From the NCBI GenBank assembly GCA_023205875.1, contig CP060760.1, positions 186,001 through 250,000 on the forward strand: a stretch of DNA of 64,000 nucleotides, written 5' to 3'. Within the stretch, counting starts at the first letter, position 1. Every line of letters begins with the position of its first letter. Under the pieces are notes generated by a model. That model was not told where the DNA came from. It was given only the letters and a program-made list of their open reading frames with translations, and did not search any database. Origin of the DNA: Chloropicon primus. Its lineage: Eukaryota. Positions 1-10,486 of the stretch are shown here, in pieces. A program made the position numbers and the translations under genes.

Positions 1-947
1 CCTTGATCAACATAGTCGTGGAGATCGGCAAGCATTTGGAGGGCGCGGTGCAGAACTATCTCTTGATCTCCGCGGCGGGGGGGAACGCAAAGAAGATCAG
101 ACGCATCCTTGATGCTGCTACGCATTCCGAAGACATCCAACGCGGCCAGGGAGATGGCCCGTCTGAGATAGACAGGATCAAAGACAGCCCGTCGGCGTGC
201 ATTCTCGAGCTCAGAGGGTGCACTTACCTGTACAACGACGAGGGGACCACGAGGGGAGTGGAAAACATCTCCTTCGAGGCGAAGCCTGGGGAGATTTTGT
301 GCCTCGTGGGTCCATCCGGCTGCGGCAAGAGCACGACGCTCGACTTGGTCGCCCTCTTCCGCCCTTGCCAAGCGGGGAAAATTCTGTTTCACGGCGTGGA
401 CACTGCAGACCTGTCCCTCGGCTCGTGCCGCTCATTGGTGAGCTGGGTTGGACAAACGAATCCCATCGTTCCCGGGACCTCGATACGCGATAACATCGCG
501 TACGGGATGCATCTCGCCAGCGATGAAGACGTCCTGGAGGCGATCAAATTGTCCGCGTGCGATGACTTCCTCGACGCCAGCAATCTCCACCAGAGTTTCG
601 ACCACGGCTTCAACCTCAGTGGCGGCCAGCGAGCGCGGGTGTCGATCGCTCGCGGCCTCCTCAAAGTTCTGAAAGGTGACGCAAAAATCCTTCTGTTGGA
701 CGAGGCTTGCGCCAATCTGGATGCCGTCTCAGAATCAAGCTTGCTGTCAAGCATAAGGACAATCGTGAAAACTCATCGCATCGCATGCCTCTTCGTGACG
801 CATAGGATGAACCACACCGCGAAAATCGCGGACAAGGTTCTCGTCCTCAAAGGTGGACGGCTTCGAGAGGAGGGGACCCACGTCGAGCTAAGCGCCAGGA
901 AAGGAATATACTCCACCTTGCTCGCTGCATCATCCGAGAGCTTCTGA
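1..947 (+). CDS. ABC transporter (ABCB-like), C-terminal nucleotide-binding domain; 5' part lies outside the window
   Basis: Walker A GPSGCGKST, signature LSGGQ, Walker B LLLDEA, H-loop VTHR and the typical EEGTH.EL...GIY..L end; TGTAA at 974. Confidence 0.9.
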   Translation, partial: LINIVVEIGKHLEGAVQNYLLISAAGGNAKKIRRILDAATHSEDIQRGQGDGPSEIDRIKDSPSACILELRGCTYLYNDEGTTRGVENISFEAKPGEILCLVGPSGCGKSTTLDLVALFRPCQAGKILFHGVDTADLSLGSCRSLVSWVGQTNPIVPGTSIRDNIAYGMHLASDEDVLEAIKLSACDDFLDASNLHQSFDHGFNLSGGQRARVSIARGLLKVLKGDAKILLLDEACANLDAVSESSLLSSIRTIVKTHRIACLFVTHRMNHTAKIADKVLVLKGGRLREEGTHVELSARKGIYSTLLAASSESF

Positions 948-1100
948 TGAATGGATGGCGCCACTTTCGCTCTTGTAACTCATTCTCATCATCAATCACC
1001 ATTGTCCTGCACACACACAACTCTGGAACTCGAGTCCTCCAATTTTGACAGCTGCCGGAGAGGGAGAGGAGAGAGGAGCTCTCTGCCGGAGGGGCATCAG

Positions 1101-1853
1101 ATGCCGACGTCGGGCGAGGAGTCGAGCGGCCCGCGCGGCCCAGGGTTCAACTCCCTGAAGCAAGCGCAGGTCGTGGTGTCCTCCCTCCTGGTCTTTCTCG
1201 TTGTCGTCGGAAGCCTCGTGCTGGACCAGAGGAAGGCCATGGGCAACAGGATATTGATGCCAATACTTTCGGTCATGCTCACTTCAGCCAACGAGACCGT
1301 TCACAGCGTGTTCCTGCCGAGGCACTCCAAGAAAGGGGGGAGCGTCGCCCGCCTTGCCGCGATGTCCGTGTCGGGAGGTACCGTGGCGTTCCTCTTCGCG
1401 GCGACTTGCTTCGGGGTTCCCATCAGGAGGTTCCTCGACACGATAAACTTTGGGTTCTTCCTGTCGACTCTGGTGACGATGCCTGGAGCTTGCTTGCTGA
1501 CCGAAGACTTTGAGCAGTGGAAGAGGAGCTACCTGACGCTGAAGCCGCAAACTACGGTGGAGAGGATATGCTCAACGCTCTTGTGCTCCTCGCTGCTGGG
1601 CTCGTGGCTGGGCGCTTGGGTCATCCCCTTGGACTGGAACTGCTCCTGGCAGGCTTGGCCCATACCCTGCTTCGCGGGAGGGGTCTTGGGCAACCTGGTG
1701 GGGTCCATGGTGCTGGTCAGGTGGCTGGGTCGGTGCCAGTCCAAGCTGGATGAGAAGGAGAAGAAGAGGAAGAAGTACGAGTTGGAGTCGAAGAAGAAGA
1801 AGCAGGGAGAAGTCCCCGTGTGCAACGAGACAAACTGGTGGATGTTTATGTAA
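1101..1853 (+). CDS. PIGF: GPI-anchor biosynthesis protein PIG-F/Gpi11
   Basis: Multi-pass membrane protein with the PIG-F motif GAWVIPLDWNCSWQAWPIPC. Start taken as ATG 1101. Confidence 0.8.
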   Translation: MPTSGEESSGPRGPGFNSLKQAQVVVSSLLVFLVVVGSLVLDQRKAMGNRILMPILSVMLTSANETVHSVFLPRHSKKGGSVARLAAMSVSGGTVAFLFAATCFGVPIRRFLDTINFGFFLSTLVTMPGACLLTEDFEQWKRSYLTLKPQTTVERICSTLLCSSLLGSWLGAWVIPLDWNCSWQAWPIPCFAGGVLGNLVGSMVLVRWLGRCQSKLDEKEKKRKKYELESKKKKQGEVPVCNETNWWMFM

Positions 1854-1905
1854 CTTTGTAACTTGCTGTGTTTTTTAGAAGCGCTGGAAGTGGTCCTCCA
1901 TCCGC

Positions 1906-3334
1906 TCACCCCCCTTTCTGGTCCAGCACGGAAAGGCAGTCCCTGTCGAGGACGACGCGGACGAGCCTGCGGAACATCACCCGGCAAAGGTTAAAGCAGC
2001 TCCAATCCGCGACGAGCTCACCATCGGCCCCGATGCCATCGAGGCTGATTGCAAACACCAGCGTCAGGTGGTTGAGTATCGAAAATTTGAAGTCGGTCCA
2101 CATCTCCTCTTGCGAGTACCCCACCACGCCAGCCCGTACGAGCGTGTCATGGTAGAGGCCGAGGAGGTGGTCGAGGTGCTTCGCTCCGTTCTTCGAAAAA
2201 GGAAAGGAAAAGAGAGAGAAAGAGTCAGTGCCATTGGTCTTTGCAAACGCCCGGTCGACCTCTTACCTCCACTGTCATCGACTTGACGACGCAATCACCA
2301 AGGTCGTAGACGCCGGGGCCCGTGCTCAGGAGCTGCCAGTCCAAAACGCAGGACTCCCCATCGGGGGAGCCGACGATGAAGTTGTCCGCACGATAGTCCG
2401 AATGAATGACTGTCTGCGGCGCGATCCGCGACACCCGGTCCAGAATCTTGTCCGCGTTCCCGTGTATCTTGGCGGCGATGTCAAGGACGACAGACTTTTC
2501 GATGCCGATGTCGAACTTTGCGAGGCCCTCTGACCTCAAGAACTCGTCGTACCGGGCGACGAAGCATTTGGGCCACCTCGCGATGAACGAACGCTCATCC
2601 GCCGCCCTGACGACGCACTCTGGAATCCCGCTCCTCCCCGTGAGAGGCCAAAAAGCGGCGTGCATCTCCGCGGCCATCTGCACGAAGGGCGCGACCTCCG
2701 CCGCGCTGAGCCCGTCCAGCTGGTTCACGCTGTACCCGCACCCCCCGAGGTCCTCCATCAAGAGCCTGACCCCAGAGTTCGGAACGACCTCGCTTGAGTA
2801 AAGCTTGGGCACCCTCATCGCGGTCCCCGCGAGGGCGGGGGCAACTTGTATGTAGAAGTCGTGCTCCCGGCGGTAGCAGTCGGTCTCCTCGGCAATGAGG
2901 TCGAAACTCTCCTCATACCGGCTGGGCATCTTCAGGATGACCGAGGAGGGCAAGCCCTTGATCGCGAGCTCGCTCGGGCCCTCGTAGGTGAGCCCGATTT
3001 TGAAACACATGGAGAGGAACCCCAAGCCCTCGCCTATCGCTTTCTTCGAGACTCGGGCGATCGTCACGCCGCCCGGCAGGGAGAGGCCCTCAGCCAGCCA
3101 GGCCTTGAGGTCGATCCCCTCGAGCGCGTCCTCCTCCACGGCCTTGAGCTGCTGAGCTCCTTTGGATTTGCCCAGCAGGCCCAACCTTCTCCAAGCGAGG
3201 GCTCTGTACACGACGTGGCCGGCGTCCTCGAACTTGAACGGCTTCTCCTTGAGCTTCTCGAGCGACGACTTCCAAAGCAGCCGGAAGGCCTCTGGCCTCC
3301 CACCAGCAGGCAACGGTGCCGCGTCCCCCTCCAT
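1906..3334 (-). CDS. APH/choline-kinase-like (EcKL-type) phosphotransferase; 2 exons, predicted intron 2191-2266
   Basis: ILKMP, YRREHDFY, LLMEDL, HSDYRADN and VLDWQ motifs. GTAAGA donor and AG acceptor join ...SMTVE to NGAKHLDHLLGLYH..., in frame with ORF 1906-2127. Confidence 0.8.
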
Positions 3335-3686
3335 CCTCCTCCTCGTCCTCGCCCTCGTGCTCGGCCGTTATGATCCAGCCATAGCCATGGTCCGTGCGTG
3401 ATCTCGGAAACGCACACCGAGTGTACAATATTGGTACACTCGTTGTCAAAGTTTGTCCCTGCAGTTCGTCAAGAGACCAGTTTTGTTGACAAGGGAGCGA
3501 GCGAGGTCGGTTGCGCCTTTGTTTCAAGGGAAGGAGGGCGGCGAGGGAGAGGGTAAAAGGACGTGAGGCCTTGATTGGAAGAATATTCGTGTGAAGAGCT
3601 TTCGTTCGACCCCTTGGTCGCGCATTTTGACCCAGAACAAGGACGGCAGCCTCTCTCTTGTGTGTGCAAGGGACGTGGCAGGAGGC

Positions 3687-4772
3687 ATGGAGAGGAGCAT
3701 GCGGGTGGTGAAAGGGAGGGCGAGTGGTGCGGGGAGGAGCTCGTGTCTTCGGCAGGGGAGGGTGGTAGGTGTTGGGTGCGGGAGGAGGTTGAGGGCCTTG
3801 CACGACCGGCACGAGGACCACGAGCGTCGTCGTCGGGGTTCGCCTGACCAGGAGGCGGAGGCAGAGCTGACTCCTGGCACCCTGGAGGAGTTCCTGCGAA
3901 GGGTGGAGGGGAAGCCCGTGTCGGGGTCCTCGCCTCGGGATCCTCACCTCGTTCACTTGGTGGGGACGGGTCCGGGGGATCCGGAGCTCCTGACGCTCAA
4001 GGCCGTGCGCCTGATGAAGCAGGCCGACGTCGTGCTGTACGACAGGCTGATCAGCGCGGAGATACTCGAGTACGTCAACGAGGACTGCTTGATGATCTAC
4101 GTGGGGAAGGAGAGGGGGCTCCACACGAGGTCTCAGGGGGAGATCCACGAGCTGCTGTACAGGTTTTGCACGAGCGGCAAGACGGTGGTCCGCCTCAAGG
4201 GGGGGGACCCTTACGTGTTCGGCCGGGGGGGGGAGGAGCTCGAGTACCTGCAGGAGAGGGGGGTGGAAGTCCGTTGCGTCCCAGGGATCACCGCGGCGAG
4301 CGGCATCTCCTCCTCCCTCGGCATCCCGCTCACGCACCGCGGCGTTGCGGACAACGTCCAGTTCATCACGGGCCACCTCAGGGGCGAGTTCACGAGCGCC
4401 AAGCTCAAGGAGTTGGCCCAGAAGGTGGCCTACGAGAACACGACCGTGGTGATCTACATGGGCCTCAACAGCTTGCCCCAGATGAGCCGGGAGCTCATGG
4501 ACAACGGCATGGACCCGGGGACGGCCGCGGTGGCGGTGGAGAGGGGGACCATGGCGAACCAGAGGACCGTGTTCGCCCCCCTGGAGAGCCTGAGCGGAAT
4601 GGTGGAGGACGCGCAACTGGAGTCCCCGACCCTGATCGTCGTGGGGAACGTCGTGACTCTGTCCCCGACCTGGCAGGGCCACCGGGGGGCCTCCTCGGGC
4701 GAGCGGCCGTCGACGGCAGCGGAGGAGCAGAAGGAGGGGGAGGGAAGGAGGAGACTCAGAGAAGTGAAGTGA
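3687..4772 (+). CDS. UPM1: Uroporphyrinogen-III C-methyltransferase (SUMT), probably plastid-targeted
   Basis: VHLVGTGPGDPELLTLKA, VVRLKGGDPYVFGRGGEE, VPGITAA; Arg/Ser-rich N-terminal extension. Confidence 0.93.
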   Translation: MERSMRVVKGRASGAGRSSCLRQGRVVGVGCGRRLRALHDRHEDHERRRRGSPDQEAEAELTPGTLEEFLRRVEGKPVSGSSPRDPHLVHLVGTGPGDPELLTLKAVRLMKQADVVLYDRLISAEILEYVNEDCLMIYVGKERGLHTRSQGEIHELLYRFCTSGKTVVRLKGGDPYVFGRGGEELEYLQERGVEVRCVPGITAASGISSSLGIPLTHRGVADNVQFITGHLRGEFTSAKLKELAQKVAYENTTVVIYMGLNSLPQMSRELMDNGMDPGTAAVAVERGTMANQRTVFAPLESLSGMVEDAQLESPTLIVVGNVVTLSPTWQGHRGASSGERPSTAAEEQKEGEGRRRLREVK

Positions 4773-5224
4773 AGTGGAGTAGAAAAAAATGAAGAAGAGA
4801 GAGTAAAATAATATAATAAATACCGCATGGCTTGCCAGTTCAATAATCTTGGCTCCAGCTCTTGAGCAGGTACGAGTGGGACACGAGCATGACGTGCTCT
4901 TTGTTCTTGAACAGGCTCGAGCCAACCAACATCGATGCGAATTCTTGTGCTTGCTGTTCGAGGGCGAAGAAGAAGAAGAAGTGTGTCTGTTCCTCGGGCT
5001 GTCGACTTGAGGGGGACCTTGGTCGACCGCCTTCCCAATCCTTCTGGTCCCACCACCACCATCAACCTGCCCCAAAGACTCCTCCGACTCTCCTCCCCAT
5101 GCCCCCATGCCCCATGTGGAGACACGGTCTCTCCCATGAGAAAGAGGGGAGATGGGTGGCATGACTCGGAAGAGCGTGACGAGCGAGCGTTAAAGAGAGA
5201 GGGAGAGGAGGGCAATCATTGGCA

Positions 5225-5644
5225 ATGTCGACGAGGGTGGGCACGAGCGAGGAGCACGACGACGGCGACGAGGAGGCTACCATGGAGGGCTCGAAGAAGA
5301 AGAGGGGAATCCTCCGGGTGGAGAGCACCAAGGCGGAGGCGAAGAAGAACAAGGTGGAGAAGAAGGTGACCATACAGGAGGAGGACGGGGAGGAGGGTTG
5401 TGGTGACGTGGAGAGGGTTCCGTCCATGCCGCGGATGTCGAGCTTCGACGTGTTTCAGCCCGGGCAGCTGGAGATGCTGCTGGAGAAGTGCCGGAGCGGC
5501 TCGTTCAAGAACCTCACGCTGAACGACGATTCGCTTTTCAGAAGCCTCAGCTTCAACGACGACAGCTTCTTCGAGGACGAAGGAAACAGCACGACGACGA
5601 CGACGACGACGACGACTGCGGCGACGAGGACCACGACGGCCTGA
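5225..5644 (+). CDS. Hypothetical protein (~139 aa)
   Basis: GC3-rich codon usage like neighbouring genes; no family motif recognised. Confidence 0.5.
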   Translation: MSTRVGTSEEHDDGDEEATMEGSKKKRGILRVESTKAEAKKNKVEKKVTIQEEDGEEGCGDVERVPSMPRMSSFDVFQPGQLEMLLEKCRSGSFKNLTLNDDSLFRSLSFNDDSFFEDEGNSTTTTTTTTTAATRTTTA

Positions 5645-5822
5645 TGGATTGCAGAGGGGGAGTTGAAGAAGAACTATAAGAGTCAATCTTGCCTTTTCAC
5701 TTGTTGTACTTGTAGATTACGGCCCGGTTACGCGCGTCCCCTTCCATCGCCGCTCTCGTCGCCACACCGTACCCGAGGAGAAAAAAAATTCGTGCGTGTG
5801 TGTGTGTGCTTGTTGCTGTGAA

Positions 5823-7703
5823 TCAGTTCAGAGTCAAGTTGCAGAGCTCCTTCGTTTGCCACATCGACCAGCCCTGGTCCTGGGCCTGCGCGGCCTCCTG
5901 CTTCTCCTGCTTGGCGTCCTGGGACCCGTCCTGAGAGTCGAAGAGGCCCGAGATGAGGCTCTCGCCCCGGATCTTGAACGACTCCGTCTGCAGGAACGCG
6001 TCCTGCTTCGGGTCCTGCTTGGCGTCCAAGAGACCGTCAATCGCGACGGAGCCAAAGGGCCTGAGGCCTCCGACCTTCGGCCTCATCCTGGCTTGGAGAG
6101 CCATCTGGCGCGTCGGATTTGCCGTTATGGAGAACTGAGGTCCCGGTGGTTGGACAGGGTAGCCCTGGCTGCTGGCTCCGTCGTTGCTGATGCCTCCCCC
6201 CGCGCCGCAGTAGGGGGACTCCTCCGCCCCGTTGTCGGGGCAGCAGGCGCGGGCTTGCAAGGCCTTCGGCAGGGGGTGGCCGAGCCTGGTGAAGGACCAC
6301 GTCAGGCTCTCCAGGTCTTGGGCGTTGAACGTGTTGGTCTTCGCGTCGACTTCCCTGCTGATCACGTCCATGAGATCCTTGTTGTGCTTCTCGAAGCAGG
6401 CAAACGCCAGGGAAAGGTTGACCATCCCTTGGGCGCTGAACATGCCCATTTTCTTGATCGCCTCGGACCCCACCTTCATCAGGAAGGGGTCGCCGGGGTT
6501 GTGCTGCAGCTTCGCCAGGGCCCACACGGTGTTCGAGAGGCCCTGCTGGCTGAAGTCCGTGATGCAGCGGCCCGCCTGGTAGATGATCTTGGCCATCAGG
6601 GGCCCCGGGTGGTAGTCCAGAATCGCGTAAGCCCAGCAGGTGTTCGCCAAGTTCTGGGGGTTGTACTGGTGAAGTCTTCTCTCGGCGGCCAGGGACACGC
6701 TGTAAAGGAGGTCCTCGCACCTGTAGTTCAGCTTCGCCATGGCCCAGATCAAGTTCGCGAGCTCCTGGGGCTTGAACAGGTCGACCTTGGCGACGACGGC
6801 GCTCGCGATCTTCTCCAGCAGCAGGTCCCCTGGGTGGTAGCTGAGCCTGGCGTAAGCCCAGCATGAGTTGGCGAGGTTCTGGGGGTTGAAGTTGTGAATC
6901 TTCTTCATGGCCTCCGACGCGATTCCTGTCAGGAGCTCCGAGTACTGCGTGCCGTAGTGGTTCAGGGTGGCAAAGGCCCAGAGCGTGTTGGCCAGGCCCT
7001 GGGGGTTGAAGTCGTAGAGCTTGTGCAGGGCCTCCTCGGCGATGCCGCTCATGAGCTGCTTCGGCTTGTACCCGAGCTTCGCGTACGCCCATATCGTGTT
7101 GGTCAAGTCTTGGGAGTTGAACTTTTCCAGCTTGACCAGGGCTTGGGCCTCGATGCCTCTCAGCAGGGGCATCGAGTTGTACGACAGGGTCGCGCAGGCC
7201 CAGGCCGAGTTCGACAGCTGCTGCGGGGTGAAGAGCTTCATATTCTCCTGAGCCTTCGACTCCAGGGACGCGAGCCTGGGGTCCCTCAAAATCTTGGACT
7301 TCTCGTTCGAGTCCCTCGCGATCTTCGCCAGTCTGTGCAGCGCCGTGGCGATGTTCACCTCGTTGAAGATGTCCAGGTTCAGCTCCACCTGCCTCAAAAT
7401 TCCCTTCCAGTCCCTGGCTTCCTTGAGCTTGTAGTTGAGTCGCTTGGCCTTCTCGATGGCGTGGTGGTCCTTCTTGCCGCCGGCGTACGTGAGACGTATG
7501 GGGTTCCTCTGGGAGTAGTGGAGGGTCCCCCCTCCGTTCTGGTGGCCGCTCCACTGGCCGTGGCTGCTTATCCTTTGGTGCTGCAGGCTGTGCCTCTTGC
7601 CTCCTCCACCACCGTCGTTGGGGTAGTGGTGCCCGCCGGCGCCATTCCTCGATGGCTCCAGGGGCTGGGGCTGCCTCTGCTGCTGCTTCTGCGCGTGGTC
7701 CAT
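5823..7703 (-). CDS. Helical-repeat RNA-binding-type protein (OPR/HPR/FASTK-like repeats)
   Basis: Eight full 37-40 aa repeats plus a partial ninth, consensus F.PQ.LAN..WA.A.L, preceded by an FNEVNIATALHRLAK motif. Confidence 0.8.
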   Translation of the reverse strand: MDHAQKQQQRQPQPLEPSRNGAGGHHYPNDGGGGGKRHSLQHQRISSHGQWSGHQNGGGTLHYSQRNPIRLTYAGGKKDHHAIEKAKRLNYKLKEARDWKGILRQVELNLDIFNEVNIATALHRLAKIARDSNEKSKILRDPRLASLESKAQENMKLFTPQQLSNSAWACATLSYNSMPLLRGIEAQALVKLEKFNSQDLTNTIWAYAKLGYKPKQLMSGIAEEALHKLYDFNPQGLANTLWAFATLNHYGTQYSELLTGIASEAMKKIHNFNPQNLANSCWAYARLSYHPGDLLLEKIASAVVAKVDLFKPQELANLIWAMAKLNYRCEDLLYSVSLAAERRLHQYNPQNLANTCWAYAILDYHPGPLMAKIIYQAGRCITDFSQQGLSNTVWALAKLQHNPGDPFLMKVGSEAIKKMGMFSAQGMVNLSLAFACFEKHNKDLMDVISREVDAKTNTFNAQDLESLTWSFTRLGHPLPKALQARACCPDNGAEESPYCGAGGGISNDGASSQGYPVQPPGPQFSITANPTRQMALQARMRPKVGGLRPFGSVAIDGLLDAKQDPKQDAFLQTESFKIRGESLISGLFDSQDGSQDAKQEKQEAAQAQDQGWSMWQTKELCNLTLN

Positions 7704-8433
7704 CTCGAGAAAGCCAACGTCAAGAAGAAGACAAGGGGGAAAAACAACGGGAGCAACGACAACGACAACGTTTGCGTGCGGGCGTGGGTTGCAAAGCTGG
7801 CGACGTCCCTTTCCACGGAGGGCAACCCGAGGCCAAACCCAACGACAAGTTGTCGTCGACAACGGTGTGGACAAACAACGATAAGGACGTCTTGTGCGTT
7901 TCCCTGGCTAGGCGTCCATCCCAAAGGCGGGCGGAACGAGAACACCTGCGTCGAGGCGACAGGAGGGACGGAGAAGAAGCGAGGGAGAGCAAGAAAGAAG
8001 AAGAAGAACAAGCGCGCGTGAGTGAGTGAGGTCCCGTCGACGACGAGAATTCAAGAATTCTCTTTTGTTTTCGCAAGGAATCGAGGCGAGCGGGCCGCGG
8101 AGCGAGGTCCCCGAAGCCCTTCCGCCTTCAAAGCAAGGAGGGTCCCCTTGCTATAGCAAGCAAAACAAGAAAGAAAGAAAGAAAGAACGCGGGAACCCAC
8201 GACGACACACGACGACACACGAAACAAAAACTCCTCACTCCCCTCTCCACACACGCGGACCCAACGCACACTGGCGTTGCGTTGCGTCCTTCTCTCCTTC
8301 ACTCGACTCTCACCTCACACCGTTACGGACGTTACGACCTCCCTCCGTCTTTAGGTTTTCCCCCCCCTCAGCTCCTCCACACGATCGATCGATTTTAAAA
8401 TATCCGAAAAAACGATCGGATCCTCATTCTCAG

Positions 8434-8764
8434 ACTTGGTCGTCGTTCGTCCTGCAGGGGAGTGAGCCAGTCGAACGACGGAAAGGGCGACGAAGGCGAC
8501 GGTAAGGGACGAAGGAGATCGGCGTCATGAGATTGTGCGGCTCGCGAGCTTTCCGGTGATACCTCGGTCGACGATTTTGGACGCTCCTGTCCCCAACTTT
8601 GCGCTCACACCAATCACTTGGTCGTCGTTCGTCCTGCAGGGGAGTGAGCCAGTCGAACGACGGAAAGGGCGACGAAGGCGAGGGAGAGGGACGAAGGTGA
8701 CCACGTCACGAGATTGTGCGTCTCGCGAGCTTTCCGGTGATACCTCGGTCGACGATTTTGGACG
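8434..8764. repeat. Direct duplication of a ~150-bp unit, offset 182 bp
   Basis: ACTTGGTCGTCGTTCGTCCTGCAGGGGAGTGAGCC...GACGATTTTGGACG at 8434-8583 and 8616-8764. Confidence 0.95.
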
Positions 8765-8824
8765 AGTTCTTGATTGGCCTTCGTCAGCACCAGCACCAGC
8801 ACCATCGTCGTGGGCAACAACAAG

Positions 8825-10390
8825 ATGCGGACGAGGAGTGCCTTGGGATGGCCGAGCCCAGCCGCGTCGTCCTCGCGTCGTCGCCAGTCGAGGAGGCTGA
8901 CGACCGCGGCGTCCTCGCGGCGTCCTCCCCACTCGAGCGCCGACGACAACGCTTCGTCGTCGTCGCCTCTCTCTCCTCTCTCGCGTTGGCTGGTCTCGGC
9001 CGTGGCGTCGGCCTGCGTGGCGCTCTCGGCCCAGGACGCCGCTCTCGCGGCTACGACGACGCTGAGGTTTCCCGCCAGTCAAAACCCGGAGATCTTCGAG
9101 GCCCAGAAGACTCTGGTGAAGACGTGGGCGGTCGTGAGGGACAGCTACGTGAACGCCTCCTCGCCCTCCTTCGCCGCCAAGTGGGAGAAGGAGCTGACCT
9201 CGGCGCTGAAGAGGACGCTGAGCGACGCGGAGACGAACGACGTGGACGCGGCGTATGGGGAGATCGACACCATGCTCGCCTCGACGGGGGACCCGTACAC
9301 GAGGTTCGTCAAACCGAGCGACTTCAAGGACTTCAGACTGAAGAGCGACGGCGAGCTGCAGGGGGTCGGCCTCCTCATCGCCTCGGACCCGAGCAGCGGG
9401 AGGCTGGTGGTCCTCTCTCCGATTCAGGGGTCCCCCGCGGAGAAGGCAGGGATCCTGCCCGGCGACGAGATCTCCGAGATCAACGGAAGGCCCACCAAGG
9501 GCCGCATCAACGGGGAGATGGCCTCGGCCATCCTTCGGGGCAGGCACGGGACGAGCGTCACGGTGAAGCTCGCGAGGAGGTCAGACCAGATCCCGGGGGT
9601 GCCGGGGAGGCCCGAGTATAGGGGAGCCCCGAACAAGGTGAAGTGGAGGCAGGTCAAGCTGGTGAGGGACAGCATTTACATCAACCCAGTGTACACGGAG
9701 CTCGTGCAGCCGTCCTCGGAGCTCATGGGTGAGACCTTCAAGTCGACCAAGGCGACGGGGTACATCAAGCTCACGTCGTTCAGCCAGAGGTCCTCGGAAG
9801 AGATGAGGAACGCGATCGAGGGCCTGAAGGACGAGGGCGCGGAGAGGTTCATATTGGACCTGCGCGACAACCCGGGCGGGCTCGTGAACGCGGGCCTCGA
9901 GGTGGCCAGCATGTGGCTCAACCCGAACGACGTTTTGCTGCACACCGTGGCCCAGGACGGGTCGGACCAGACCGTCGCCCTGCCGGAAAACACCGTCCCT
10001 GTCGACGGAAGCGACCCTCTCGTCGTTCTGGTCAACAAGAACTCCGCGTCAGCGAGCGAGATCCTGGCCGGTGCCCTCCAGGACAACAGGAGGGCCGAGC
10101 TCCTTGGGGAGGACCCCAAGACCTTCGGCAAAGGGAAGATTCAGAGTGTGATCGAGCTCGGGGAGAACGGGGAGGAGGGGGCCGTCATCGTGACGGTCGC
10201 GAAGTACCAGACGCCCTCGCACAAGAACATCGACGCCGTCGGGATCACGCCGGATAAGATGTGCGATCTGAGTGCCTCCTCGCGAGTGGAAGAAGCGGGC
10301 TTCAAGGGCACCAACATTTTCACTGCGGACATCAAGAACGATCCCTGCGTTGCGGAGGCCCAGAGGTTTTTCCAAGATCACGACGCTTAG
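8825..10390 (+). CDS. ctpA: C-terminal processing peptidase (S41, D1-processing CtpA family), thylakoid-lumen type
   Basis: GDPYTRF, PDZ domain, ILDLRDNPGGL, SASASEILAGALQD and TFGKGKIQ; bipartite transit-like N-terminus ending ALA. Confidence 0.92.
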   Translation: MRTRSALGWPSPAASSSRRRQSRRLTTAASSRRPPHSSADDNASSSSPLSPLSRWLVSAVASACVALSAQDAALAATTTLRFPASQNPEIFEAQKTLVKTWAVVRDSYVNASSPSFAAKWEKELTSALKRTLSDAETNDVDAAYGEIDTMLASTGDPYTRFVKPSDFKDFRLKSDGELQGVGLLIASDPSSGRLVVLSPIQGSPAEKAGILPGDEISEINGRPTKGRINGEMASAILRGRHGTSVTVKLARRSDQIPGVPGRPEYRGAPNKVKWRQVKLVRDSIYINPVYTELVQPSSELMGETFKSTKATGYIKLTSFSQRSSEEMRNAIEGLKDEGAERFILDLRDNPGGLVNAGLEVASMWLNPNDVLLHTVAQDGSDQTVALPENTVPVDGSDPLVVLVNKNSASASEILAGALQDNRRAELLGEDPKTFGKGKIQSVIELGENGEEGAVIVTVAKYQTPSHKNIDAVGITPDKMCDLSASSRVEEAGFKGTNIFTADIKNDPCVAEAQRFFQDHDA

Positions 10391-10486
10391 AGGCACGTGC
10401 ATCTGTGACCTTTTTTCCATTCTAGTGTGTACTTTCGTGTAATCTTTGTGTAATCTTTGTGTGTTTATTAAATATACGGCCGATTA

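Noticed and set aside
4772..5224. Possible small gene between SUMT and the 5225 ORF
   Set aside because: No frame gives a recognisable or codon-biased product.
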